IMG/VR virus record: IMGVR_UViG_3300010358_000012
Coordinates: 1-27,021 of that record
Direction: 5' to 3' (one strand)
Source: a virus
Lineage: Duplodnaviria > Caudoviricetes
Length of the DNA: 27,021 nucleotides
The position numbers were made by a program, and so were the translations under genes. A model generated the notes under the pieces. It did not search any database and was not told where the DNA came from. It was given only the letters and a program-made list of their open reading frames with translations. Of this stretch, positions 15,958-25,048 are shown piece by piece (the first letter of the stretch is position 1; each line of letters starts with the position of its first letter).

Positions 15958-15999
15958 CTACCTCCGGCGTCCGCGCCGGCTACGACGACGACGAGCCAT
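15958..15999 (-). CDS. Protamine-like micropeptide MARRRRSRRGRRR (13 aa)
   Basis: GAGGGAGGT RBS upstream of ATG 15999; its 3' end supplies the RBS of the next gene. Confidence 0.6.
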   Translation of the reverse strand: MARRRRSRRGRRR

Positions 16000-16068
16000 C
16001 TCGACCTCCCTCGCTAGAGTTGTAGTGCAGCGTAACTATGCGTCTGTCCTGGCGCAGGCGGCAAGCCT

Positions 16069-17631
16069 TTACGCGCCGAACAAAGTCCGTTCCTCGAACG
16101 TGACGTTGACCCGGTTGATGGTGAAATCCGGGCTGAAGCTGCGCAGGTCCAGCATCGCCGCGATCCCCTTGCCGATGGTCGGCGACGGCACCGTATCGGC
16201 GCCCTTGGGATCGAGCGAGTAGCTCACATCCTCTACCCCGTTCGGGATACCCCCGCCGCGGGTCGCCATGGTGCCGGTGAGGAACACCCCCTCGGGGCCG
16301 CCGCGGTTGTCGACCAGTTCGACATAGGCGCGCTTCCAGTCCTTCACGGTCAGCACGTTGGCCCCGACATAGGCTTTGGTCTGCACCCGCTTGATCAGCG
16401 CCGGGTCGGGCTGGGCGAACAGCCGGTAGAGCGACGTGCCGTCGGTGCCGTAGGGCGTGATCACCGAGTTCTGCTCGTAGCCGCCGATATGGGTGAGGGC
16501 ATAGCGCTGCGAGCACACCACCCACTGGTTCAGTTGCGGCCCGGACCACACCAGGATCAGCGAGCGGACCACCCCGTCGGTGTCGGTGAGACGAGCGTTA
16601 AACAGCAGGAATTTCTGGCCGAACAGATGCGCCGCGGTCTGGGTCGGCTGGAACGTCACGGTATCGATGGTCTGCAACAGCGTGGAGATCTTCTCCGACG
16701 CCCAGGCCGACTGTGTTCCGGTCATCAGGTAGATGCCGCCGGAGTTGAACAACGCAAACTGGTTCGACCATACCCCCACCTGACGGAAAAACGAGTGGCC
16801 CACCTGGGGGTCGACATTGCTGTTGAGGAACTGGGTCGTCGACACCGTACCGATCGGGGTCGTTGTCGGCACCAGCGAGAGGTCGGTGATCTGGTTGGTC
16901 GATGAGTCGGCGAACAGGTACAGAAACCCGGCCGAGGACTTCATGTCGGTCCAACTTACCGTCAGCATATCGCCATGGTAGGGGAACGACCCGCCGCCGC
17001 CGGAGGTCGAGAAGTCGGACCCGTTCGACGGCGCGGAGAAGCTGATCACCGTGGTGCCCATCACCCACAGCCTCTCCTTGTAGACCTCCATAGCAAAGAT
17101 GCCGGGCAACCCGACTGGGATGGTGAAACCGGTCTGGCCGTTGGTCAGCCAGGTCGGCGCCGCTGCTCCGGGCGCGGTAACGGTGAGGTTGGCATCGACC
17201 GCATAGAGGCCCTTGGGCGAGCCGATCAGGGCGCCACCGATCTGTCCGCCTGGGGTGGACGGCGCCCAAAGCTTCATATCCGCCGGATAGATCGGCGACT
17301 GCGGTGTCCACACCGCACCGAGCCCGGTGGTGGCGTTGGTGTTCAGATGCACCGCGGTGACCGTGCCGTCGGACAGGAACATGAAGCCGAGCGGATCGGC
17401 GCCGCTGATGTTCATGAAGAACATCCGCACGATCGAGACCCCGCCCGGTGCGGTGTAGAGCGCCGCCGATGGACCCCAGGCGCTGCGCAGCTGGGTCGGT
17501 GCCAGCGGCAGCAGGTTCTCGAGCCACCAGCATTCCTGGTCGTCAATGCCGGTGCGCGCGGCCTGGCGGTTCATCCCCGACCATTGTTGCAGCGAGATGA
17601 TGTCCGGGACGTTGGCCGATTGCAGCGGCAT
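16069..17631 (-). CDS. Tail nozzle / packaged-DNA stabilisation protein (P22 gp10-/T7 gp12-like position)
   Basis: 520 aa, beta-rich; WSGMN...WLENLLP N-terminus, YKERLW, ISFSAP; follows the adaptor gene. Confidence 0.7.
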   Translation of the reverse strand: MPLQSANVPDIISLQQWSGMNRQAARTGIDDQECWWLENLLPLAPTQLRSAWGPSAALYTAPGGVSIVRMFFMNISGADPLGFMFLSDGTVTAVHLNTNATTGLGAVWTPQSPIYPADMKLWAPSTPGGQIGGALIGSPKGLYAVDANLTVTAPGAAAPTWLTNGQTGFTIPVGLPGIFAMEVYKERLWVMGTTVISFSAPSNGSDFSTSGGGGSFPYHGDMLTVSWTDMKSSAGFLYLFADSSTNQITDLSLVPTTTPIGTVSTTQFLNSNVDPQVGHSFFRQVGVWSNQFALFNSGGIYLMTGTQSAWASEKISTLLQTIDTVTFQPTQTAAHLFGQKFLLFNARLTDTDGVVRSLILVWSGPQLNQWVVCSQRYALTHIGGYEQNSVITPYGTDGTSLYRLFAQPDPALIKRVQTKAYVGANVLTVKDWKRAYVELVDNRGGPEGVFLTGTMATRGGGIPNGVEDVSYSLDPKGADTVPSPTIGKGIAAMLDLRSFSPDFTINRVNVTFEERTLFGA

Positions 17632-17632
17632 C

Positions 17633-17926
17633 TCAGTTCTCGGGCGACTCCCGCATCAGCAGGATGCGGAACGTGCCGCCCGAGAGGTCGGCAGCGCAGA
17701 TCTCCCAACCCTTGGCGCCGAGCTCGTTCAACTGGCTGGTGACGCCGGCATGGTCGGCGGCCGAGACCCCGACATACTGGTATTCGAACGTGGGGCCGGA
17801 ATAGGGCGCTTCCTCTTCCTCCGCCTCGGCTTCGGGTGCCGGTGGCGGGCCTTCGGCCGGTGGCGCCTCGGCAGGTGGTGCTGGCGCTTCCTCGGGGGCT
17901 GGTGTGGGTTCCTGGGTTTCGCTCAT
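17633..17926 (-). CDS. DUF4177-like small protein with acidic Pro-rich N-terminus
   Basis: FEYQYV...LNELGAKGWEI...ILLMRE; GAGGAG RBS. Confidence 0.75.
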   Translation of the reverse strand: MSETQEPTPAPEEAPAPPAEAPPAEGPPPAPEAEAEEEEAPYSGPTFEYQYVGVSAADHAGVTSQLNELGAKGWEICAADLSGGTFRILLMRESPEN

Positions 17927-17941
17927 GGGATTGCTCCTCGG

Positions 17942-18628
17942 TTATCGCGGCGGCCACACCCGTGACCACAACGGCGCCTGCATATCACTGCGGCCGATCG
18001 GCACGTGCTGCCATTTCGCTTCCCGCTGATCGGCGAATGCATCAGCGCTTGCCTGATCGGGAAACGTCGGCCAGTTCAGCCCGCTCTGCTGCGCATACGC
18101 CGCCGCCTGAGCGTCATCGACCATCACCGGCTTGCCATGCACCAGCCACAGACCAGGCACCACCGCGTAACCGTCGCCGTATGGGACGGTACGGGTTTCC
18201 TCGGACGACCACAGCCCGCTGCCGCGATCGACATACTCACCGGGGCCAAAGGGGCGGATCGGGCCGAGTTGGTTGAAGTGCGACAACAGATAAACGTCCC
18301 CGCGCATCGGCCCGAGATGCGGCTCGTCGACCCCACTCATCATCGCATCGGCATCAGCCTGGACCTGCGCATAATGTTCCTGCAGCGAGGGCTGATCGTC
18401 GCGGAACCCGGCATAAGTCAGGCCAACATTTGGTTTGGCGGCATCGCGCCGAGCGCGCCGGGCGAGCCTGGGATCATCCGGGATGGAGTAGCGGACGTCG
18501 AACATCCGCTCGCGCGGCACGCGCGCCCCACCGCCTGCCGGCGGATCGCCCAAGATGAGTTCGGGGCTGCCGCCCAGGTCAGCGCGTTGCTGGGGCCGCT
18601 GCTTCAACCACTCGGGCGTGTCGCTCAC
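17942..18628 (-). CDS. Hypothetical protein (228 aa)
   Basis: GTGA overlap with the adaptor stop; fills the operon. Confidence 0.7.
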   Translation of the reverse strand: MSDTPEWLKQRPQQRADLGGSPELILGDPPAGGGARVPRERMFDVRYSIPDDPRLARRARRDAAKPNVGLTYAGFRDDQPSLQEHYAQVQADADAMMSGVDEPHLGPMRGDVYLLSHFNQLGPIRPFGPGEYVDRGSGLWSSEETRTVPYGDGYAVVPGLWLVHGKPVMVDDAQAAAYAQQSGLNWPTFPDQASADAFADQREAKWQHVPIGRSDMQAPLWSRVWPPR

Positions 18629-19317
18629 GACGACCGAACCACAGCACCGTACGGCGAGGTCACCATAGATGGCGCCACCACCGAGGCGGCGTGCGGCAGT
18701 TCAGCTTGGAAGATTTGCAGGATCGCTGCGGCATCCTCTTTGCGCTGTTGCTGCAGCATGCAGAGGAACGCCGCGTAATAGGGCACCGCGTCGGACCACG
18801 GCAGGCAGATCGCCTCAGGGTCATTATCCGATTGCAGTGGGAACGGCATGCAGCTGCAGTCCAATTCCATCGGCTGCTGCAAGGTCGGGATCGGCGCGAG
18901 GAAGATCGAGCCGCCCACACCAAACCCATACTGAGCATAAAAGCCGGGATACGAGATCACGCCCATCCAGGCCTTGTTCCAAATTCTAAATCTCGCTTGG
19001 AAGTCGGTCCACGGCAGCCTGTTCCACACCGGCTTCCACGCACCATCGCCGGGACCGATTGCGATCGCGAGGCTGCGCACCGCGAGGATCTCACGCACCC
19101 CTGCCGTGGCCTGGGCGAGCGCAGTCCAGTCGTGGAATTTATACTCTTCCTGGTTGGCTATGGTTTGCGCTTGCACCAATACGCGCACGCAGCCTGACGC
19201 AGAGGCGACGCGACGGCGCGAGCGGTTGATATACGAGGTCAGCGTGGAGGCGTTAAAAAATTGCCCCCCGCTATCATTCAATAAATTCTGCGTCTGGGTT
19301 TGGTACTCGGTAAGCAC
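18625..19317 (-). CDS. Head-to-tail adaptor protein
   Basis: LLND..GQFF....LTSYINR.RR.VA N-terminus, IFLAPIP, AVPYYAAFL; position after the capsid genes. Confidence 0.75.
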   Translation of the reverse strand: MLTEYQTQTQNLLNDSGGQFFNASTLTSYINRSRRRVASASGCVRVLVQAQTIANQEEYKFHDWTALAQATAGVREILAVRSLAIAIGPGDGAWKPVWNRLPWTDFQARFRIWNKAWMGVISYPGFYAQYGFGVGGSIFLAPIPTLQQPMELDCSCMPFPLQSDNDPEAICLPWSDAVPYYAAFLCMLQQQRKEDAAAILQIFQAELPHAASVVAPSMVTSPYGAVVRSS

Positions 19318-19326
19318 ATCAACTAA

Positions 19327-19584
19327 CTACGGCCGCTGTCCAACCGGCGTTGCATACCCACCGCCCAGGCAGTTCACGCCGTCGCTGACGACGTAACCTC
19401 CGGGGATCGGGCCACGCTGCACTCCGGCTGCATCAATGATGACGTAATTGCCGTGCTGTATCCACGCACCGGCCGGCAGCGGCGCGTTATTCGCGAACTG
19501 CACCGAGGTGCCGAACTTGCCGTACAGGATCGGGTTGGCGGGGGTGCCGCCGGACCGGGCCACATAGACGACGCCACCGCTCAT
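19327..19584 (-). CDS. Small virion protein, paralogue 4 (decoration-like)
   Basis: 85 aa; GGVVY, PAGAW, VSDGVN motifs; ATGA overlap. Confidence 0.75.
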   Translation of the reverse strand: MSGGVVYVARSGGTPANPILYGKFGTSVQFANNAPLPAGAWIQHGNYVIIDAAGVQRGPIPGGYVVSDGVNCLGGGYATPVGQRP

Positions 19585-19844
19585 GGATACCTCACCCGGC
19601 CGACCGGGATGACCACGCCGGCCAGTGTCAGAGTGACATTGACCCCGTCGGACACGCACCAGCCGTAATTGGTCCCGTAGGTGTTGCCGACGTTGTCGGT
19701 CACGCCGTATTCCCCCGGCACAATCCAGACACCGGCCGGGATCACCGCGCCCGCTCCCAGCGACAGCGGCACGCCATAGCGCAATTCCAGCGATGGCGCT
19801 CCCGCCGTGCCGACCGTTGTCGTGTAGGCCAGACCACCGCTCAT
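19581..19844 (-). CDS. Small virion protein, paralogue 3 (decoration-like)
   Basis: 87 aa; GGLAYTT..GTAGAP..E.RYG, PAGVW, VSDGVNV, IPVG. Confidence 0.8.
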   Translation of the reverse strand: MSGGLAYTTTVGTAGAPSLELRYGVPLSLGAGAVIPAGVWIVPGEYGVTDNVGNTYGTNYGWCVSDGVNVTLTLAGVVIPVGRVRYP

Positions 19845-19850
19845 CGGACC

Positions 19851-20120
19851 CTACCTTTTGCCGACCGGGATGATGATGTTGCCGGCGGCAACCGATGTGA
19901 CGTTGGTACCATCGGAGGTGATCCACCCGCCGGTGATCTGATGGGTGGTGCCGTCAGCCGAGATGATATTGACCGCCCCGGTCGAGATCCAGGTGCCGGC
20001 CGGGACCGCCGAACCGATCGCGCCCTGAGTGATCGATAGGCCATAGCGCATCTCCGAGGCGGGCGCCCCGGCAGTGCCGGCCGCTGTGGTGTAGACCACT
20101 CCGCCGCCGGCAAAACTCAT
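19851..20120 (-). CDS. Small virion protein, paralogue 2 (decoration-like)
   Basis: 89 aa; GGVVYTT..GTAGAP..E.RYG, PAGTW, TSDGTNV, IPVG; ATGA overlap with the capsid stop. Confidence 0.8.
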   Translation of the reverse strand: MSFAGGGVVYTTAAGTAGAPASEMRYGLSITQGAIGSAVPAGTWISTGAVNIISADGTTHQITGGWITSDGTNVTSVAAGNIIIPVGKR

Positions 20121-21145
20121 ATCGGCGCACCCCCGGTGATACCGTTGAGGATCATGCCGGTGGCCGGCTTCGAGCACACCAAATTAAGCGCGGTGAGGCT
20201 CAATCCGACCGACGCCACCTGGCCTTGCGGGATGGTCGAGTACCAGCCAGTCCACGCAAAGTTCGCGTCTTCATGCACCACCAGGGTGATGTATCTACTA
20301 TTGAATAGAAACGCCGTCCCTTGCGGACACTGCAAGTCGAAGAAGATCGGCGTGTCGCCCAACAGCAAACCGCGGAACCCGGAGTTCACCGGATCTTCCT
20401 TGCCCCATCGCGAGCTCGGATCGTTGTTATAACGCTCGACCGCCATGAAGTCGGTCATCAGGGTCGTCCAGTCTTGAATACTCATCACTCCAAAGTCCGG
20501 TGCCTCGCCACCAGCGGCCTTGGCCACTGACAGCAGCCAGGGGATGAACGCAGCGCGGGTCAGGATCGCGCCTGACGAGTTATGCACGTTGCCGGCCCAG
20601 GCTGGATACGTGGCGCGCGACAACCCGCCATACACCGGCACGTTGGTGCCGCTGTCATAGGCATCGAGGAAGCCAAACATCTGCAGCGGATTGACCGTTC
20701 CGCCCGAGGTCGATGAGCCGAACAACGAGGTGCACAACTGCTGCAGCGCACTGTTCTTCATGTCGTTCATCTTAAGCATCAGACGCGACGCCACCGCGAC
20801 CGCATCCTGAGTGACTAACTGCTCCAAGCCGAAACTCGTCACCGGTGTCGCGAGCGCGCACAAATTAAATTCTGCATTGACGGTTGCCGCCACATCCGGC
20901 GGGATCGTGAAGTTACCGGCAGGCCCGATCCAGCTTGACGGCACATACTGCCCGGTCTGCACCGGCTGGGTGTATGGACTGACGCCACCACTGGCGCGGA
21001 TCGCGTTGCGCAGCAACAGCGCCAGCGTCGGGTTTTGCTTGTAAATCAAAACCACGACCATCTGCGCGAAGACTCTCCTGACCGTGGCCTGTAGTTCGTT
21101 GCCAACCGGACCACTTGGAATTAAGCCAGCGCCTAGTTGCGGCAT
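20117..21145 (-). CDS. Major capsid protein (HK97 fold expected)
   Basis: 342 aa after the scaffold; YGGLSRATY..W, GFRGLLLGDTPIFFD..CP.GTAFLFNS.Y. Confidence 0.85.
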   Translation of the reverse strand: MPQLGAGLIPSGPVGNELQATVRRVFAQMVVVLIYKQNPTLALLLRNAIRASGGVSPYTQPVQTGQYVPSSWIGPAGNFTIPPDVAATVNAEFNLCALATPVTSFGLEQLVTQDAVAVASRLMLKMNDMKNSALQQLCTSLFGSSTSGGTVNPLQMFGFLDAYDSGTNVPVYGGLSRATYPAWAGNVHNSSGAILTRAAFIPWLLSVAKAAGGEAPDFGVMSIQDWTTLMTDFMAVERYNNDPSSRWGKEDPVNSGFRGLLLGDTPIFFDLQCPQGTAFLFNSRYITLVVHEDANFAWTGWYSTIPQGQVASVGLSLTALNLVCSKPATGMILNGITGGAPI

Positions 21146-21175
21146 CGCAACGTCTCCCTAAAACCTTTTATGAAG

Positions 21176-21490
21176 CTACGAGGTGTAGACCTGCATGATG
21201 TTGGCGTTGCCGGTGCCGGAGAGCGCAACGTTGAGGCCGTCCGAGACCACCAGGGCCTTGCCCGCGTTGGGGATCAGCACCCACGGCGAGGGCCAGCCTC
21301 CAGGCAGGTTGGTGACCCCCGTCATGATCATGATGCATGAACTGTTGGCCGGTGAGCAGTCGACCCACCAGGTACCTCTGGGCAGGATGTACTGGTTGCC
21401 GGTGGCGCCGATATTGATGATCTGCGGCGGCCCGAACCCCGCCAGCGATCCGCCGGGAGAGCTAGGACTTGCTAAGACGACGCCTGCCAT
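21176..21490 (-). CDS. Small virion protein, distant paralogue 1 (decoration-like)
   Basis: 104 aa; LPRGTWW and VVSDGLNV motifs; GGGGAG RBS. Confidence 0.75.
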   Translation of the reverse strand: MAGVVLASPSSPGGSLAGFGPPQIINIGATGNQYILPRGTWWVDCSPANSSCIMIMTGVTNLPGGWPSPWVLIPNAGKALVVSDGLNVALSGTGNANIMQVYTS

Positions 21491-21505
21491 TAACTCCCCC
21501 TAACC

Positions 21506-22072
21506 TTAATACCTGCCGTTCCGGGCAGCCGCTTCGTCGCGCTGGATCGCGCCGAGGATCTCCTGATAGGCGTAGTCCTCCGGGTCGGCCACAATCCGCT
21601 TGAACTCATCCGACTTGTGGTGATTCCAGAAGTGCCCGCTATGGGTAGTCTCGATCGGCTTCGGCTGACGCGACGCAAAATGCTCGGCCATCACCTCGTA
21701 GTCGTAGACACGTTTGTCACGCATCTCGGCTTCCATCCGTTCCATCGCGTCGTCGGTGAAGCCGTGCCGCTTCTGCACATCGGCCTTCTGGGCCGCATAG
21801 AAGTCAGAGGCCTTTTGCTTCTCGGCCTCCTCCTTCTCGCGGGCTCGTTCGTCCCGATCCTTCTTCAGCTCGTCGCGCAGCTCCTTGCGCAGATCGTAAT
21901 CAGCGATCGGGGTATCGGGGAATTTCTTCTTGGCCAGCGCCTTCGCCTCATCGGAGAGCGCGGGGTCGTTCCAGATCGCGTTGGCGAACTCGGCGATCTG
22001 CTTGTCGCGCTGCCACTGCTCGCGCTCGGCCTTAAGTGCCGCGACCTCCTGGTCGGTGAGGGTAATCGGCAT
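21506..22072 (-). CDS. Putative capsid scaffolding protein
   Basis: 188 aa, highly charged and helical; lies between portal and capsid. Confidence 0.7.
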   Translation of the reverse strand: MPITLTDQEVAALKAEREQWQRDKQIAEFANAIWNDPALSDEAKALAKKKFPDTPIADYDLRKELRDELKKDRDERAREKEEAEKQKASDFYAAQKADVQKRHGFTDDAMERMEAEMRDKRVYDYEVMAEHFASRQPKPIETTHSGHFWNHHKSDEFKRIVADPEDYAYQEILGAIQRDEAAARNGRY

Positions 22073-22074
22073 GG

Positions 22075-22260
22075 TCAGTAGCTATTGGTCTTGCCGACGA
22101 TCGAGCGCTGCAGCGGGATGCCGCCCTCGAGCTTCGGAACGACCCTAGGAATCGCTCCCCACTCGCTCGTTTCACTCTGCGTATCGACCTGCCGCACCGT
22201 GCGCGGTGGCACATCGGGCGGGGTCGAGATCGGCGGATCGTAGCTACGGTTCTGCGCCAT
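22075..22260 (-). CDS. Hypothetical protein (61 aa)
   Basis: AGGAG RBS; tight packing between neighbours. Confidence 0.7.
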   Translation of the reverse strand: MAQNRSYDPPISTPPDVPPRTVRQVDTQSETSEWGAIPRVVPKLEGGIPLQRSIVGKTNSY

Positions 22261-22261
22261 C

Positions 22262-22684
22262 TTATGCTCCTGGGAACGGGGTGGCGGGCGGCATCGACCG
22301 CGGCCCGGCCTGGCCGGCGATCGAGCCCATCAGCGCCTGGGCGATCTGCTGGCGGCGGAGATCCTGCCCCGCGGTGCGCTGCACGCCCTGGGTTTCCGGG
22401 CCGATCGGGACGTGGCGGGCGAGATCACCGATCGCCTTGTTGGCGGCGCGGTGGATGTCGCTGCCCACTTGCAGCCCCATCATCGCTTCCTGGATCATCT
22501 TGATCGCCTGACCCAGCTTGACGAGTGAATCGGCCTGATTGCCGACGCCTGGACCCATGCCGTGGGGCATGCCGCCGGGACGCATCGGGAATCCGGGGGG
22601 AGAGCCAGGACCGCCGGCAAGCGGTGGCATCGGCTGGGGTGGACCAGGACCGCCGGCTCCGGGCGGCGTTATGCTGTCCGACAT
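22262..22684 (-). CDS. Pro/Gly/Met-rich hypothetical protein with helical core
   Basis: 140 aa immediately after the portal. Confidence 0.75.
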   Translation of the reverse strand: MSDSITPPGAGGPGPPQPMPPLAGGPGSPPGFPMRPGGMPHGMGPGVGNQADSLVKLGQAIKMIQEAMMGLQVGSDIHRAANKAIGDLARHVPIGPETQGVQRTAGQDLRRQQIAQALMGSIAGQAGPRSMPPATPFPGA

Positions 22685-22725
22685 AAGCGACGGAGCTAAA
22701 TCCCGTTACAACCTAATTGCAAGCC

Positions 22726-24423
22726 TCAGTGCGTACGCGAACCCTTACTGCCACTCCTGGGTGCATCGGGATTAATGCCGTGGGCCATCAGTTCCTGCGC
22801 GTGCGCTGCCTGGGCCTGCTGGCGCTGGTGGAGATGCGCGAGCAGCAACTCCGCGTTCGGCGGATTAAGCAGCATGATCAGATCTTCCGCCCCGATCGCC
22901 TGGGCGCGCGCCAGCGCGATGGCAATCTGGCGTGAATCCTCCGCGAACGCCGGGCTCGCCGAGTGTGAATCCACCTCGACCTGGAACAGCTCCGGCATCT
23001 GCTGGAGGATGAACTCGAGGCCAGACTCGGTTTTGTAGATATGCGGGTCACGGTCCTGCATCAGCCGCGAACAAAGATAGCCCGACTCGGCCAGTTGGCG
23101 TTCGATTCGCGTCGCCGGGTCGATCAGGCCGGGGCTGGAGGTCCGCACCAGAGTCTGCGCATGGGCGCCGGAGCGTACGTTCGGATCCGACGCCTGCCCG
23201 GTCAGCACCGGGGTGAAGCCGGCCGACTCGTCATACATCTTCCAGATGAATTCCAATTCCTCGAGATAGCCTGGCGGCGGCGGCTCGGTGAGCTTGGCGG
23301 CCTTCGCATTCGGATTGGGATCGGAAATAAACCCGCCCTCAGAAATTATCTTGTAGTATTGTTCCTCGGTAACGCCCTGGAAGCCCGAAAAGGTATAGGG
23401 CGCCGCGGCGTTGCGGTCCCACATCACCTTCAGATCTCTGAGCCGCTTGTTGACCACGTCCTGCAGCATCTGGACGTCGGCAATCGCCGAGCGGCCCCAG
23501 AAATAACCGGGCGTGATGTCGGCCTCGACCTTCACGAACGGCTGGCGGTGCGGGATGCCCGAGAGGTTGCGCCTGGTGTCGCCGCCCTCGATCAGGATGT
23601 CGGGATACACCAGCTGCATCGTGGTCCAGTCGCCCTCGCGCTTCTCGTCCTTCACCCACAACTCACAGAGCTTTACCGTATCCGAGATGCGCCGCTGCGG
23701 GCGCCACGGCGTCGGCACCGGGAACACCTGGACGATGCCGGCCGCCGATGGGGTCTCGCCCACATCGCCCAACGGCCGCATCCCGCCCACCACCATCTGG
23801 TGGAAATACGCCGGCTCTTCAGTGTCGCGCCGGGACGCGCGGGTCTCCTGGATCTGACGGTAGATCTTCTCGGCCTGCGGGTGGCCGTTCTCCTTTAGGA
23901 TGCTGCGCAGCCGCGTCGCGGTGGGATAGCTGACGTGGCAGATCGCTTCCTGCTCCTCGAGCCCGATGATCGATTCGGTCAGCACGCCGAAATTCACCGG
24001 ATGCACCGGCACCACCCGGAAACTGAACCCCTCCCCCATATGCTTGATCAGGTAGCAGCCGCAGATCAGCGCCCAGGTAACGGCATCACCGAATCTTAGA
24101 TCGGCGTCAGACGAGCGATAATCCGCCGTCAGCATCTGCGACATCATGCGCCCGCGCTCCAGCACGTCGGCCGGCTCGGCGCTGTCAAACACGGTGTTGA
24201 ACCTCACCCCCTGAGGCAGGAAGAGGTAGCCCGCGAGGCGGTCGATGAACGGCCGGACCTTGTTGTGGATCGCCGCCCGGACGTCACCCGAGCCGGTGTA
24301 GTAGTACTGAGCGGATTTCTGATAGATTTGTTGCCTTTCCTCACTGGTCGCGAGGCATTCGTCCGTTACCTCACGGGCAAATTCCATAGCTTCTTGCGGC
24401 TTCTCTGGGATTCTAAGAGACAT
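22726..24423 (-). CDS. Portal protein
   Basis: About 565 aa between terminase and scaffold/capsid; HNKV..FIDRLA, GYFWGRS.I.D...LQ..VN..L, Gln-rich C-terminal tail. Confidence 0.85.
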   Translation of the reverse strand: MSLRIPEKPQEAMEFAREVTDECLATSEERQQIYQKSAQYYYTGSGDVRAAIHNKVRPFIDRLAGYLFLPQGVRFNTVFDSAEPADVLERGRMMSQMLTADYRSSDADLRFGDAVTWALICGCYLIKHMGEGFSFRVVPVHPVNFGVLTESIIGLEEQEAICHVSYPTATRLRSILKENGHPQAEKIYRQIQETRASRRDTEEPAYFHQMVVGGMRPLGDVGETPSAAGIVQVFPVPTPWRPQRRISDTVKLCELWVKDEKREGDWTTMQLVYPDILIEGGDTRRNLSGIPHRQPFVKVEADITPGYFWGRSAIADVQMLQDVVNKRLRDLKVMWDRNAAAPYTFSGFQGVTEEQYYKIISEGGFISDPNPNAKAAKLTEPPPPGYLEELEFIWKMYDESAGFTPVLTGQASDPNVRSGAHAQTLVRTSSPGLIDPATRIERQLAESGYLCSRLMQDRDPHIYKTESGLEFILQQMPELFQVEVDSHSASPAFAEDSRQIAIALARAQAIGAEDLIMLLNPPNAELLLAHLHQRQQAQAAHAQELMAHGINPDAPRSGSKGSRTH

Positions 24424-24424
24424 C

Positions 24425-24443
24425 AAAATCTCTCCGAGATTTT
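24425..24443. promoter_or_regulatory. Inverted repeat over the portal ribosome-binding site
   Basis: AAAATCTC-tcc-GAGATTTT; on the minus strand it contains GGAGAG just upstream of ATG 24423. Confidence 0.5.
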
Positions 24444-24598
24444 AAACCTTTTCAATGGGTTAGTCACCTGGACTCTACCGGTACTGGGTGTGGAGTCTGG
24501 GCGCGCTTCGTTACGACTATCAACATACTACTGACATTATGCTGACAGGATTCCCGGATTTTTCCATTTTTGGGATTTTTCCTGGGCAAACATGACCC

Positions 24599-25048
24599 TT
24601 ACCACCCCCGGATACTCCGCTTTTTCGACATCTCGATCAGGTCCGGCTGGGTGCCGTTCTTCAGCGAGGTCTGCAGTGCCTCGAGGCCGGAGCCAAAGCG
24701 CAGCCGGTTCTCCCGCCCCAGCGCCACCGCCTGCTCGAGCGCCGCGGTGTTGGCAGACCAGGTCGACGCACCGGCCGGCGGGGCCGCGTCCTTGTATCGT
24801 ACCGTCGGCGGCCCCCCTTTGTTCGGCGTCATATCGGCAACGCCATAATCCTTCTCGGCGATGTCGTATGCGAGATCGGTGGCGCGGCGGATATGGCTGC
24901 CGGTGATCGCGGGCGGCTTGAACGCCTGGCCCATCACGGCATCGGTGCAGTGCGGACACTCAGGCGGCTCCTGGTCCCATTGATCGGCACGCAGTTCCAC
25001 TTCCAGGAAGTGCCCGCAGTTCTCGCAGCCGTAGGTCCGCAGGATCAT
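24599..25048 (-). CDS. Zinc-ribbon (FmdB-like) phage protein
   Basis: RTYGCENCGH.LE...PECPHC; TGATG overlap with the terminase stop. Confidence 0.8.
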   Translation of the reverse strand: MILRTYGCENCGHFLEVELRADQWDQEPPECPHCTDAVMGQAFKPPAITGSHIRRATDLAYDIAEKDYGVADMTPNKGGPPTVRYKDAAPPAGASTWSANTAALEQAVALGRENRLRFGSGLEALQTSLKNGTQPDLIEMSKKRSIRGW

